NCBI GenBank assembly: GCA_002269645.1
Contig: NIVC01004270.1
Location: forward strand, 1 to 52,259
Length of the DNA stretch: 52,259 nt
Direction: 5' to 3'
Source of the DNA: Macrostomum lignano
Lineage: Eukaryota
A program made the position numbers and the translations under genes. This document shows, piece by piece, positions 11,795 through 24,253 of this stretch; within the stretch, counting starts at the first letter, position 1, and each line of letters begins with the position of its first letter. Under the pieces are notes generated by a model. The model was not told the DNA's origin. It did not search any database and saw only the letters and a program-made list of their open reading frames with translations.

Positions 11795-14700
11795 ATGGAA
11801 GTGCTGGAAACACACAAGAAAACTCCCGAGCTGCCAGAAAAGGTGAGATTAAAAATCTCTTAATGGTGCTGTTAATTTTGACTATGGCATCAGTTTCCTA
11901 TAATACAAGCTGTCTATGACACATCAGTATGACACAAGCTGTCTATGACACATCAGTTCCCTATATAACACAAGCTGTCTATGACACATCAGTTCCCTAT
12001 ATGACACAAGCTGTTTATGACACATCAGTTCCCTATATAACACAAGCTGTTTATGACACATCAGTTCCCTATATATGACACAAGCTGTCTATGACACATC
12101 AGTTCCCTATGACACAAGCTGTTTATGACACATCAGTTCCATATGACACATCAGTTCCCTATATGACACAAGCTGTCTATGACACATCAGTTCCCTATGA
12201 CACAAGCTGTTTATGACACATCAGTTCCATATGACACAAGTTGTCTATGACACATCAGTTCCCTATATGACACAAGCTGTTTATGACACATCAGTTCCCT
12301 ATATGACACAAGCTGTTTATGACACATCAGTTCCCTATATGACACAAGCTGTTTATGACACATCAGTTCCCTATATGACACAAGCTGTTTATGACACATC
12401 AGTTCCCTATATATGACACAAGCTGCCTATTCTATGACACATCAGTTCCCTATATAACACAAGCTGTCTATGAAACATCAGTTCCCTATATAACACAAGC
12501 TGTCTATGACACATCAGTTCCCTATATATGACACAAGCTGTCTATGACACATCAGTTCCCTATGACACAAGCTGTTTATGACACATCAGTTCCATATGAC
12601 ACATCAGTTCCCTATGACACAAGCTGTCTATGACACATCAGTTCCCTATGACACAAGCTGTCTATGACACATCAGTTCCCTATATGACACAAGCTGTCTA
12701 TGACAGTATGACACATCAGTTCCCTATATGACACAAGCTGTATATGACATCAGTTCCCTATGTATGACACAAGCTGTCTATGACACATCAGTTCCCTATA
12801 TGACACAAGCTAGTTGGTTACTAACAAATTTTTGTTACAACTTACTGTTTATACAAACTAAAGGAACTATATCATGTGACTAAGTCTGTGTTACGCAGAG
12901 TTTAATGGTTTGTGGGCGAGTTGTAGGTTTTTTTAACGTCCTTTTTGTCAATTAGTTGGGTAGGTACTACGTGTAAATGAAGTTTATCGAAGTCGGAATT
13001 TTCTTAAAAATAGATTCCTCTATCAAGCTGAGGTCTGTACCGGCAGTTAAAACAGGTTTTAGACCTTTGCACCCACTCAAGATAAGAGTTGGAGTTTTAT
13101 TATTGGTCATACATTGACAGACATCATAAAAAAAGAGTCTAAAGTCTAAAGATTGTTTTATTATACGTGTGTGATTGTACCTTGCCTTTTCCAGGCTGAT
13201 AAACAGACCTGTTAATTGGGTTATTTTTAGAATGCGAAGTCACTTACATGTTTATCTATTGTCAGTTTTGCGTTTTACGTACATTTTGCCACTTAATGAT
13301 TCGGGATCTTGTCACTAGAGGATTCGGGATCTTGTCACTAGAGGATTCGGGATCTTGTCACTCGAGAATTCGGGATCTTGTCACTAGAGGATTCGGGATC
13401 TTGTCACTAGAGGATTCGGGATCTTGTCACTAGAGGATTCGGGATCTTGTCACTCGAGAATTCGGGATCTTGTCACTAGAGGATTCGGGATCTTGTCACT
13501 AGAGGATTCGGGATCTTGTCACTCGAGAATTCGGGATCTTGTCACTAGAGGATTCGGGATCTTGTCTCTCAAGGCTTTGGAATTTGGATCTTGTCATTCA
13601 AGGCTTTGGATCTTGTCTCTCAAGGCTTTGGGATCTTGTCTCTCAAGGCTTTGGATCTTGTCACTCAAGGCTTTGGGATCTTGTCATTCAAGGCTTTGGA
13701 TCTTGTCATTCAAGGCTTTGGGATCTTGTCATTCAAAGCTTTGGGATCTTGTCTCTCAAGGCTTTGGGATCTTGTCATTCAAGGCTTTGGATCTTGTCTC
13801 TCAAGGCTTTGGGATCTTGTCATTCAAGGCTTTGGATCTTGTCATTCAAGGCTTTGGATCTTGTCATTCAAGGCTTTGGATCTTGTCTCTCAAGGCTTTG
13901 GGATCTTGTCATTCAAGGCTTTGGGATCTTGTCTCTCAAGGCTTTGGGATCTTGTCTCTCAAGGCTTCGGGATCTTGTCATTCAAGGCTTTGGGATCTTG
14001 TCAGATTCTCAGTAGCGGGCTTCGGGATCTTGTCACTCACTCAAGGAATACCTGTCCAACCCGCTTACCCGCACAGGCCCGCTCCATCATAGCCAGTCTC
14101 AGTCTGAGCACAGACGATTACAAAGCCATCGGCGACCTGATGGCGTCAAGTTTCGAAGCCGGACTCAAAGCCTCGGGCGGGCCGAAGCCGGCCGTGAAAA
14201 TGCTCTGTTCCTACGTGACCAAACTGCCGGCTGGTAGCGAGACTGGCGACTACCTGGCGCTAGATTTGGGCGGCACAAACTATCGCGTGCTGCTGGTCCG
14301 ACTGCGTGGCAGCGACCAGGAGCCGGAGATACTCGAAGACGTGTACGCCGTTCCGCAGGTGCGAACTCGCAAACTAGCTAGTCATGCATGTCTACTTTCA
14401 GTAGCTTACAATTTTAGAGCTTCAATTAATTTTAGCTACTATATTTTTTCAGTTTTTATTTCTAGAATGTTTTCATTGCTACTTGAAGTAGCATAAATAG
14501 ACACTCAACTTAATTTTATATCAAACTCTCAGGAGCTGATGCTCGGCGATGGTGCCGCCCTTTTTACCTTCATTGCTGGAACTCTTCGGGATTTTTTGCA
14601 AGCTAATCAACTGTCTGCCGGACCTGATGGCGAGCGATTGAAGCTGGGCTTCACCTTCTCCTTCCCTGTTGAACAGCACGGGCTGAGCAGCGGCAGTTTG

Positions 14701-17700
14701 ATTATGTGGACTAAAGGCTTTGCGGCTAAAGGGGTTGTGGGCCATGATGTCTGCAAGCTGCTGCAGGTGAGCGAAACCAATTTTGCAGATTTAAGCTTAA
14801 TCAGGATCAGAATCGGGATCAATATGATTAGAATCGGGATCAACAGGGTCCGAATCGGGATCAACAGGGTCATAATCGGGATCAACAGGATCAGAATCGG
14901 GATCAACGAGATCAGAATCGGGATCAATAACATCAGAATCGGGATCAATAACATTAGAATCGGGATCAATAATCAGAATCGGGATAAACAGGATCAGAAT
15001 CGGGATAAACAGGATCAGAATCGGGATAAAAAGGATCAGAATCGGGATAAACAGGATCAGAATCGGGATAAACAGGATCAGAATCGGGATCGACAGGATC
15101 AGAAACGGGATAAACACGATCAGAATCGGGATCAACAGGATCAGAATCGGGATCAACAGGATCAGAATCGGGATCAATAGGGTCAGAATCGGGATCAACA
15201 GGGTCTGAACTGGGATCTCGATTACTAGTAAACATTTAGTTAAATCCGGCAAACTTTCCAGGAAGCCATCGACAAGGCAGCTTTGCCGATCGTCTGCGTC
15301 GCTCTGGTCAACGACACGGTCGGCACGCTGGCCTCCTGCGCCCTGGAAGATCCTCGCTGCCAAATTGCAGCCATCGTTGGCACGGGCTCCAATGCCGCCT
15401 ACGTTGAGAGACGCTCGTCTATGGAGCGGTACTCGGACAGTCTGGCCGGAGTGTCCGACGGCGGCCCGGACGGTCCGGTGGTTGTCAACACAGAGTGGGG
15501 CAACTTCGGAGCCGACGGCTGCTTGGACCGGTTCCAAACCGACTTTGATAGGGAGATCGATAAGAAGAGTCTTAATCCGGGGTTTCAGGTGCGTGTAGTT
15601 TGGGATTCCACTGCGGGGATTTGGTATGTCCCCATTTAACCTCTTCGCTGTACGGGATTCTGCTGTGGGGATGTGGGATTCTGCTGTAGGGGTGTGGGAT
15701 TCTACCGTAGGGATGAGATTCTACTGTAGGGATGTGAGATTCTACTGTAGGGATGTGGGATTCTACCGTAGGGATGTGAGATTCTACTGTAGGGATGTGG
15801 GATTCTACCGTAGGGATGTGAGATTCTACTGTAGGGATGTGGGATTCTACCGTATGGATGTGAGATTCTACTGTAGGGATGTGGGATTCTACTGTAGGGA
15901 TGTGGGATTCTACCCTAGGGATGTGGGATTCTACCGTAGGGATGTGGGATTCTACTGTAGGGATGTGGGATTCTACTGTAGAGATGTGGGATTCTACCGT
16001 AGGGATGTGAGATTCTACTGTAGGGATGTGGGATTCTACCGTATGGATGTGAGATTCTACTGTAGGGATGTGGGATTCTACCGTATGGATGTGAGATTCT
16101 ACTGTAGGGATGTGGGATTCTACCGTAGGGATGTGGGATTCTACTGTAGGGATGTGGGGTTCTACCCTAGGGATGTGGTATTCTAATGTTGGGATGTGGG
16201 ATTCTACTTTGGGATTAGGGATTCTACTGTGGAGATTTAAGTTTTTCTGAGTACTTTTGGATATGGGATTCTACTGTGGGGATGTTTGTTTCTACTTTCC
16301 AAATTTGTATTTATGTTACTTAATAAGCCTGTTCGAACACCCCCCATTCCTTTCCAACTCAGGTGTTCGAGAAGCTCATCAGCGGCATGTACCTTGGCGA
16401 AATAGTTCGCTTAGCTATCAAATCCCTAGTGGATGATGGCATCATATTTGGCGGCCGCATGCCCGAGTCCCTTGTACAGCCCATGACCTTTCTGACCAAA
16501 TACCTGAGCGAGATTGAGAGAGATCCGCCAAAGCACTACTACAGCACGGACCAGCTGCTCACTGTTGACTTGGGCTTGAAGCTTGTCCATCCCATCGAAG
16601 CTGTCATCGTTCGGAGCATTTGCGAGGCCGTTTCGACCAGGTCCGCTTTTCTGGTTGCTACGGGCATCGCCTCGTTGTTGAAACGGATTAAGCCTAGCGG
16701 TCACGTGACTGTTGGCATCGACGGATCGCTGTTCAAGTTTCATCCGCACTTTCCCGAGCGAATGACACGCAAAGTGCAGGAATTGTGCCCCGATTACGAG
16801 GTGAACTTGAGGCGCTTTTTGCTGCCCTTTTATAGCTTGAGAAATGTATCAGCTGAATCCCGATTTTCAGCATCTGAATCCCGATTCTCAGTACCTGAAT
16901 CCTGATTTTCAGCATCTGAATCCCGATTCTCAGTACCTGAATCCTGATTTTCAGCATCTGAATCCCGATTCTCAGTACCTGAATCCTGATTTTCAGCATC
17001 TGAATCCCGATTCTCAGTACCTGAATCCTGATTTTCAGCATCTGAATCCCGATTCTCAGTACCTGAATCCTGATTTTCAGCATCTGAATCCCGATTCTCA
17101 GTACCTGAATCCTGATTTTCAGCATCTGAATCCCGATTCTCAGTACCTGAATCCTGATTTTCAGCATCTGAATCCCGATTCTCAGTACCTGAATCCTGAT
17201 TTTCAGCATCTGAATCCCGATTCTCAGTACCTGAATCCTGATTTTCAGCATCTGAATCCCGATTCTCAGCATCTGAATCCTGATTTTCAGCATCTGAATC
17301 CCGATTCTCAGTACCAGGGAATCCTATTGGCTCGCTGCGCTCCCCAGGAAGCGACACTGAAAAATGGGGTCTACAAGTTGAGGCCCAAGTCCCCTCCCCA
17401 TTCCCCCAATTTCTTGCCTGGTTAGCATGCCTTTCGCATAAGAAATCGTTGAAAAGAAGTAAACAAAAATAATTAAGACAGTTTCGAAGAAAATATTCGC
17501 TGCATTAATTTAATATATATGTTCTATATTGCTCAATTTTGGAGAATAAATCAATATAAAAATCCTCCATTGCACTGGCAAATGACAGGCAAGAACTCCC
17601 ACTGAAAAGCAATTCTTCAAGACTCATTGACTCCAGTAGGACTACAGACAGACTCACTCACCCGATAACTTTACCTTCTTTCTCTTTAAAGCTTTCTCGT

Positions 17701-20700
17701 TCTTCAAGTTGTCGTTGGTCTCATTCACGAAATTCTTCAGATAGATTCTTGACTGCTGGGGTGAGGATCCTGGAGGAGAAAATAACCCCAGGTCTTCCGC
17801 AAGGACACTTCTGTTTCAGCATGTCGCGGAACTCACCGGATCTGCTGATGCAATCTTGGTAAAGCTCCACGATACTCTGAATGGCTCCTCCTGAGTACAG
17901 CAGATCAGCAGTCAGCAAACTCTTATCCTTCAGGTGGCCGAACACGAAGTAGGATACCTTCATTAAAAGAAACAAGAAGTCACTGGGGCACTTCAGACCA
18001 CAACGATCACGCATCTGGATCAAGGCAAAATCCTCAGCGCGGGCCTCATCATCGGATAGGATTAGGAACTCCAAATAGTCGGCAGTGACCAGGAAGTTCC
18101 TGCAATCCTGGCACTTCAGCTGACCACACAGAGACTTCGCGACATACCCACCAAGATAGGAGCACAGGTTCAGATCAGTTGATGAAAGAGCAGCACTCAG
18201 ATGCTCCAGGCCAGGCAGCGACAAAGACAACAGTTGGCTTGAGAAGTCAGACGGATTTCCTTGATAAAGAATTTGAAAGTCCCTCAGCTTAAGTCCATGA
18301 AACTTGAGCAAGATCGAGATGCGGATCTTCTCCGCCTGAAAGATCTGACGCACGGAAATGAAGAAGTTGCCACCGTGAAATTGGCGGTAGCGACCGAAGC
18401 GGCGCTCAATCCAATCGCTGACAATGCAGCCTGTCAAAACGGAAGGAAACGAATGCTTGGCCAACAGGTGCTCTGTGAGGTCAGCAAGAGTGAGGCAGCA
18501 GGATCTCACGGCTAAGAATGTAGGAGCAGTCAAGCCAGGCAGCTTTGACTTCTCCCATCGATGAAAAAAAGTGGCAAACTGGCGCAGCTTTGAGAGCCTT
18601 GGATCATTTACAACCAACGGAGCAGCGTCCGGAAGCCGCTTCTCCTTTGCCTTCTTCGTGGTCCTAACATTCCACATCGTCCACAGACTCAAAATGAGCT
18701 GTAAGGTGATCAGACCGATGGGAAACCTGTGGAACTTGGCAGCCTCCACTGTGGACTCGCTGAAAACATTGGTATCGTGCTGGACGTTTGTCTCCTCCAG
18801 GTTTGTCGGATTCTGTCGCTGTTGCTTCTTCCTCGCACCGCCTCGTGTCGTTCTCCCGGCGGGTCTCGGCCGATGCCAGCTGAGTGGGGCGCTCCTCAGT
18901 GATGGTCTTGTTCAGGTAGGAGGGTGCATTTGGGAAGATGCAAGGCAGGGCATCAGCGGCTAGACGCCGAAGCTTTAGCTTGCCTGCAGGCTGACCATCT
19001 GCTTCGGTCCGTTTGCGGTGGGGATTGGAGTCCTGAGAGTTGATCACGAAGTACTTCTCAGGGAAGTGAAGCGAGCAGACCCTGTAGCTGTGGTTCGGGT
19101 TTGTTCTCAGCTGCTCCAACTCGGAATCGGTCCACACGCTTGGAATGGCCGTGATCCACTTATTCAGGAGCTCCAACTGCGTAGATGATGGAAAATTGTG
19201 GATAGTCACGGTTGGATTCTTCTCATAGCGAGCATAGTTGATGACGCAGAGGAACGCAGCACTTGTAGCCCATAGTGGGAACGATCAGGTAGTTTCAAAA
19301 TGCGATAGAGTGGAATTGAGAAGACTGCGAGTCAGTGCCCTTCGAGACAAACTCGCAATGTATATAGGGGCAAAGAACAGTGAATAATATGCAGTAGAGT
19401 ACAGTGTGAGGGAAGAACGCACATTAGTTTTCCTATGCACTTCCGTCCCCCAGGAAAGGCTCTTTGTTTCACGAACTCGTACACAGGAGCGCAGCGAGGA
19501 TCTCCTGCCCATTCAGTTTTTTACTGTGCACATAAACTTCGATGTCCTTATTTTTCGTCCCCATTTGTGGGAACCCTCCCTACAAGGAAGGGTTTACTCA
19601 CAAAAACTCCCGCGTCTCTAAGGCTCGAAGGCTTGGGCCTCAACTTGTAGGGGAGGTGGGGTGGGGCGGGACCAGTGTCGGTTCCTGGTGAAACAAATAG
19701 GATTCCCTGTCAGTACCTGAATCCTGATTTTCAGCATCTGAATCCCGATTCTCAGTACCTGAATCCTGATTTTCAGCATCTGAATCCCGATTCTCAGTAC
19801 CTGAATCCTTATTTTCAGCATCTGAATCCCGATTCTCAGTACCTGAATCCTTATTTTCAGCATCTGAATCCCGATTCTCAGCATCTGAATCCTGATTTTC
19901 AGCATCTGAATCCCGATTCTCAGTACCTGAATCCTGATTTTCAGCATCTGAATCCCGATTCTCAGTACCTGAATCCTGATTTTCAGCATCTGAATCCCGA
20001 TTCTCAGTACCTGAATCCTGATTTTCAGCATCTGAATCCCGATTCTCAGTACCTGAATCCTTATTTTCAGCATCTGAATCCCGATTCTCAGTACCTGAAT
20101 CATTATTTTCAGCATCTGAATCCCGATTCTCAGCATCTGAATCCTGATTTTCAGCATCTGAATCCCGATTCTCAGTACCTGAATCCTGATTTTCAGCATC
20201 TGAATCCCGATTCTCAGTACCTGAATCCTGATTTTCAGCATCTGAATCCCGATTCTCAGTACCTGAATCCTGATTTTCAGCATCTGAATCCCGATTCTCA
20301 GTACCTGAATCCTGATTTTCAGCATCTGAATCCCGATTCTCAGTACCTGAATCCTGATTTTCAGCATCTGAATCCCGATTCTCAGTACCTGAATCCTGAT
20401 TTTCAGCATCTGAATCCCGATTCTCAGTACCTGAATCCTGATTTTCAGCATCTGAATCCCGATTCTCAGTACCTGAATCCTGATTTTCAGCATCTGAATC
20501 CCGATTCTCAGTACCTGAATCCTGATTTTCAGCATCTGAATCCCGATTCTCAGTACCTGAATCCTGATTTTCAGCATCTGAATCCCGATTCTCAGCATCT
20601 GAATCCTGATTTTCAGCATCTGAATCCCGATTCTCAGTACCTGAATCCTGATTTTCAGCATCTGAATCCCGATTCTCAGTACCTGAATCCTGATTTTCAG

Positions 20701-22102
20701 CATCTGAATCCCGATTCTCAGTACCTGAATCCTGATTTTCAGCATCTGAATCCCGATTCTCAGCATCTGAATCCTGATTTTCAGCATCTGAATCCCGATT
20801 CTCAGTACCTGAATCCTGATTTTCAGCATCTGAATCCCGATTCTCAGTACCTGAATCCTGATTTTCAGCATCTGAATCCCGATTCTCAGCATCTGAATCC
20901 TGATTTTCAGCATCTGAATCCCGATTCTCAGTACCTGAATCCTGATTTTCAGCATCTGAATCCCGATTCTCAGCATCTGAATCCTGATTTTCAGCATCTG
21001 AATCCCGATTCTCAGTACCTGAATCCTGATTTTCAGCATCTGAATCCCGATTCTCAGTACCTGAATCCAGATTTTCAGCATCTGAATCCCGATTCTCAGT
21101 ACCTGAATCCAGATTTTCAGCATCTGAATCCCGATTCTCAGTACCTGAATCCTGATTTTCAGCATCTGAATCCCGATTCTCAGTACCTGAATCCTGATTT
21201 TCAGCATCTGAATCCCGATTCTCAGTACCTGAATCCTGATTTTCAGCATCTGAATCCCGATTCTCAGTACCTGAATCCTGATTTTCAGCATCTGAATCCC
21301 GATTCTCAGTACCTGAATCCTGATTTTCAGCATCTGAATCCCGATTCTCAGTACCTGAATCCTGATTTTCAGCATCTGAATCCCGATTCTCAGTACCTGA
21401 ATCCTGATTTTCAGCATCTGAATCCCGATTCTCAGTACCTGAATCCTGATTTTCAGCATCTGAATCCCGATTCTCAGTACCTGAATCCTGATTTTCAGCA
21501 TCTGAATCCCGATTCTCAGTACCTGAATCCTGATTTTCAGCATCTGAATCCCGATTCTCAGTACCTGAATCCTGATTTTCAGCATCTGAATCCCGATTCT
21601 CAGTACCTGAATCCTGATTTTCAGCATCTGAATCCTGATTGTCAGTACCTGAATCCTGTTTTTTAGCATCTGAATCCCGATTCTCAGTACCTGAATCCCG
21701 AGTTTCAGTATCTGAATCCCGAGTTTCAGTACCTGAATCCCGAGTTTCAGTATCTGAATCCCGATTCTGAGTATCTGAATCCCGATTCTCAGTATCTGAA
21801 TCCCGATTCTCAGTACCTGAATCCCGATTCTCAGTACTTGAATCCCGATGTCAGACATTTAAATCCCGATTTTAAGTTGTAACTTGTAAATCCCAAGTCT
21901 AAATACCTGGATTCATAATTCTATGCTCAAGACACTTCAGCAGATCCAATGTATAAAAAGGCTTGGATCTTCTCAGACAATCACCGATTTTATTCCCAGA
22001 ATACACAATGGAAAGCCCTCTTGCATTGAATTGCAGTTCACCCTGAAGCTGTCAGAGGACGGCAGCGGCAAAGGGGCGGCTGCTATTGCTGCTCTGGTCT
22101 GA
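11795..22102 (+). CDS. HK: Hexokinase, single-domain about 50 kDa type (464 aa), 6 coding exons
   Basis: Exons 11795-11842, 14077-14358, 14533-14766, 15262-15588, 16363-16800, 22037-22102; all GT-AG and in frame. Motifs [80 protein letters not shown]. The first exon is the least certain. Confidence 0.95.
11884..12811. repeat. About 36-37-bp minisatellite (ATGACACAAGCTGTCTATGACACATCAGTTCCCTAT) in hexokinase intron 1
   Basis: About 25 tandem units, each with an internal ATGACAC duplication. Confidence 0.95.
13298..14040. repeat. 22-23-bp minisatellite with two successive unit types (GGGATCTTGTCACTAGAGGATTC then GGGATCTTGTCATTCAAGGCTTT), hexokinase intron 1
   Basis: Tandem units; type switches near 13560; array ends about 35 bp before the acceptor at 14076. 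Confidence 0.95.
14800..15215. repeat. 21-bp minisatellite (GATCAGAATCGGGATCAACAG) in hexokinase intron 3
   Basis: About 19 tandem units between donor 14767 and acceptor 15261. Confidence 0.95.
15600..16290. repeat. 21-bp minisatellite (GGGATTCTACTGTAGGGATGT) in hexokinase intron 4
   Basis: About 30 tandem units with degenerate edges. Confidence 0.95.
16850..17314. repeat. 42-bp (2x21) minisatellite CAGTACCTGAATCCTGATTTTCAGCATCTGAATCCCGATTCT, left part, hexokinase intron 5
   Basis: About 11 near-perfect units ending at the transposon target site. Confidence 0.95.
17315..19709 (-). mobile_element. P-superfamily (THAP9/Galileo/1360-like) DNA transposon, internally deleted, 2395 bp
   Basis: 14-bp TIRs CAGGGAATCCTATT (17315-17328) and AATAGGATTCCCTG (19696-19709); 7-bp TSD TCAGTAC at 17308-17314 and 19710-19716; encodes a THAP domain and the transposase C-terminal part. 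Confidence 0.9.
17721..19273 (-). pseudogene. THAP-domain transposase pseudogene (frameshifted, central region missing)
   Basis: ATG at 19273: MGYKCCVP, frameshift, then HNFP...KW...RVCSLHF...ALPCIFP (THAP). Near 18812 it joins, in another frame, [11 protein letters not shown]...VFSEST...WNVR...[18 protein letters not shown] (P/THAP9-type C-terminal region with the catalytic Glu). Confidence 0.8.
19710..21870. repeat. 42-bp minisatellite, right part (about 50 units), hexokinase intron 5
   Basis: Same unit as 16850-17314; degenerates into 21-bp units after about 21660. Confidence 0.97.
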
Positions 22103-22954
22103 GCGAAGCGAGTCTGTTGCAGCAAATGCACACCTAACACTATTAGAACCGTTGATCAAATAAGTCTGTTTGGTGTCTTGCTTTAATCAGACATTGGTTA
22201 ACCAGATGAATGAATATTCTGCATAAAAGGAACCTTCGGAAGAAGCCGCTCAGCATGTTTGCTAAGGTAAATGCACTATAGCCTTCTTTTTAATAGTTCT
22301 TCAATGCATAATTTTCAATAGATTTGTTTAAGAAGTAAGTATAATCTCATCCGCGGTGTTTTGTGTTTAAAATTTTATTTAGTTACTATTACATATGTAT
22401 CTGCTGTGGATCTGTCTGTCTCCCCTCTGCTGGCCTTACTAACCAACCAATTATATATCAGTTTTCTCTGTTTTTCGGCAATTAATTTTGTATCATTAAC
22501 TTCTCAGCTGGGGTAGTTTAGCCTGCGGGTGCTTACACAGGTTTTGCACCCTTCACTCTATTTTGAATGCTATTTGAAGTTTTGAATACTTTTTTGACGT
22601 TTTTTACAATTCCCTTATTAGATAAAAAAGTCCATTGTTTTTAGTAGCCTACGTGTCAGTGATGCAGCGTTATTTTTTAAACAAATATATTTTGGTTGTT
22701 TGTTAATTTCTTGTTATTACTAAAATTGTTTCTAATCGTGCCTCATTTTGCGTTTGCTAAGTTGCAGAAAGTTTTTTATTATTGAGTAAAGTTTTTGTTT
22801 ATTTATTGGCTACTTTATCTGGGTTGTGATCATTTGTTAGATTTTTATATTCACTAATTTGCGTACGTCTTGTCCCTTTGCTATTGATTCCAAGATTGAA
22901 ACGATTACTACTACAGTCACTAAAAAGTAAGAAATGATTCATTTTATTTTAACT

Positions 22955-23590
22955 TGCCCCGCCCCCACAGCCAGCTGGTTCTGACCCCACCCCACAGCCA
23001 GCCAATTCTAACCCCACACCACAACCAATCAAATCCAAGCCCCACCCCACAGCCAGCCAATTCTAACCCCCACCCCACAGCCAGCCAATTCTAACCCCCA
23101 CCCCACAGCCAGTCAATTCTAACCCCACACCACAACCAATCAAATCCAAGCCCCACCCCACAGCCAGCCAATTCTGACCCCTACCCCACAGCCAGCCAAT
23201 TCTAACCCCCACCCCACAGCCAGCCAATTCTGATCCCCACACCACAGCCAGCCAAACCCCACCCCACAGCCAGCCAGTTCTAACCCCACCCCACAGCCAG
23301 CCAAACCCCACCCCACAGCCAGCCAATTCTAACCCCCACCCCACAGCCAGCCAATTCTAACCCCACCCCATAGCCAGCCAATTCTAACCCCCACCCCACA
23401 GCCAGTCAATTCTAACCCCACACCACAACCAATCAAATCCAAGCCCCACCCCACAGCCAGCCAATTCTGACCCCTACCCCACAGCCAGCCAATTCTAACC
23501 CCCACCCCACAGCCAGCCAATTCTGATCCCCACACCACAGCCAGCCAAACCCCACCCCACAGCCAGCCAATTCTAACCCCCCAGCAGCCA
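22955..23590. repeat. C-rich about 27-bp minisatellite (CCCCACCCCACAGCCAGCCAATTCTAA) with an about 290-bp higher-order duplication
   Basis: Tandem units; the variant GCCAGTCAATTCTAACCCCACACCACAACCAATCAAATCC recurs at about 23109 and 23401. Confidence 0.9.
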
Positions 23591-24253
23591 TCCATTTAGT
23601 CCACGGCTTTAAATCTAAGAAATGACACGGTTTAAACAGCAATTACAAAAAATTCCAGCTGTATTCTCACATCTAAACGCCGCCATGTACTGCTGCTTCA
23701 GTTCTGCGATTTTATTTACCAAACCTCTTCGCTGTAATCCAGGTTTATTTTGGTCCAAAGACAAGTCAAAGTGCTAAAAACTAAACATGGATTGCTAATT
23801 TTTTATGCCAGTCAATATATTAGCGGCGCGTGTTTTCATTTTCTGCGCTGCTTAGCCAGTAAATAAAAAAGTATTTTAGTAGCTATTCTTTGCCGTATTT
23901 TTGTCTCTTCACAGTAAGCCTCATTGCTATCTGGTGTCAGAATTTCTGGTTTGTTTTGAAATGCTTGAATTGAAAGCCACCCCAAATCCCCTTCCCTCGG
24001 ATCTGTTTCTTTAGCTCTGTTCCAGAAAATTCCGCGCTTATAATCTTGTCTGTTTTATACAGCAATGATACTGACTAAATCTTTTGAAGAGTTGAATAAA
24101 CAAAAAAGAACAGTTTGATATTGATATTAAAAATGCTTTCTAGCAAAATAACGCATCGTTTGCTGTGATTTTAATTTTTTTTATTAGTCAATAAAAATAA
24201 TCAATTTCTACTCTACGAATTTAGTCCTTGATTAAGTGCGAATTTTTGCAGCA

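Noticed and set aside
19618-21858. 746-aa and 663-aa repetitive ORFs
   Set aside because: Translations of a stop-free 42-bp intronic minisatellite, open on both strands; they lie inside hexokinase intron 5.
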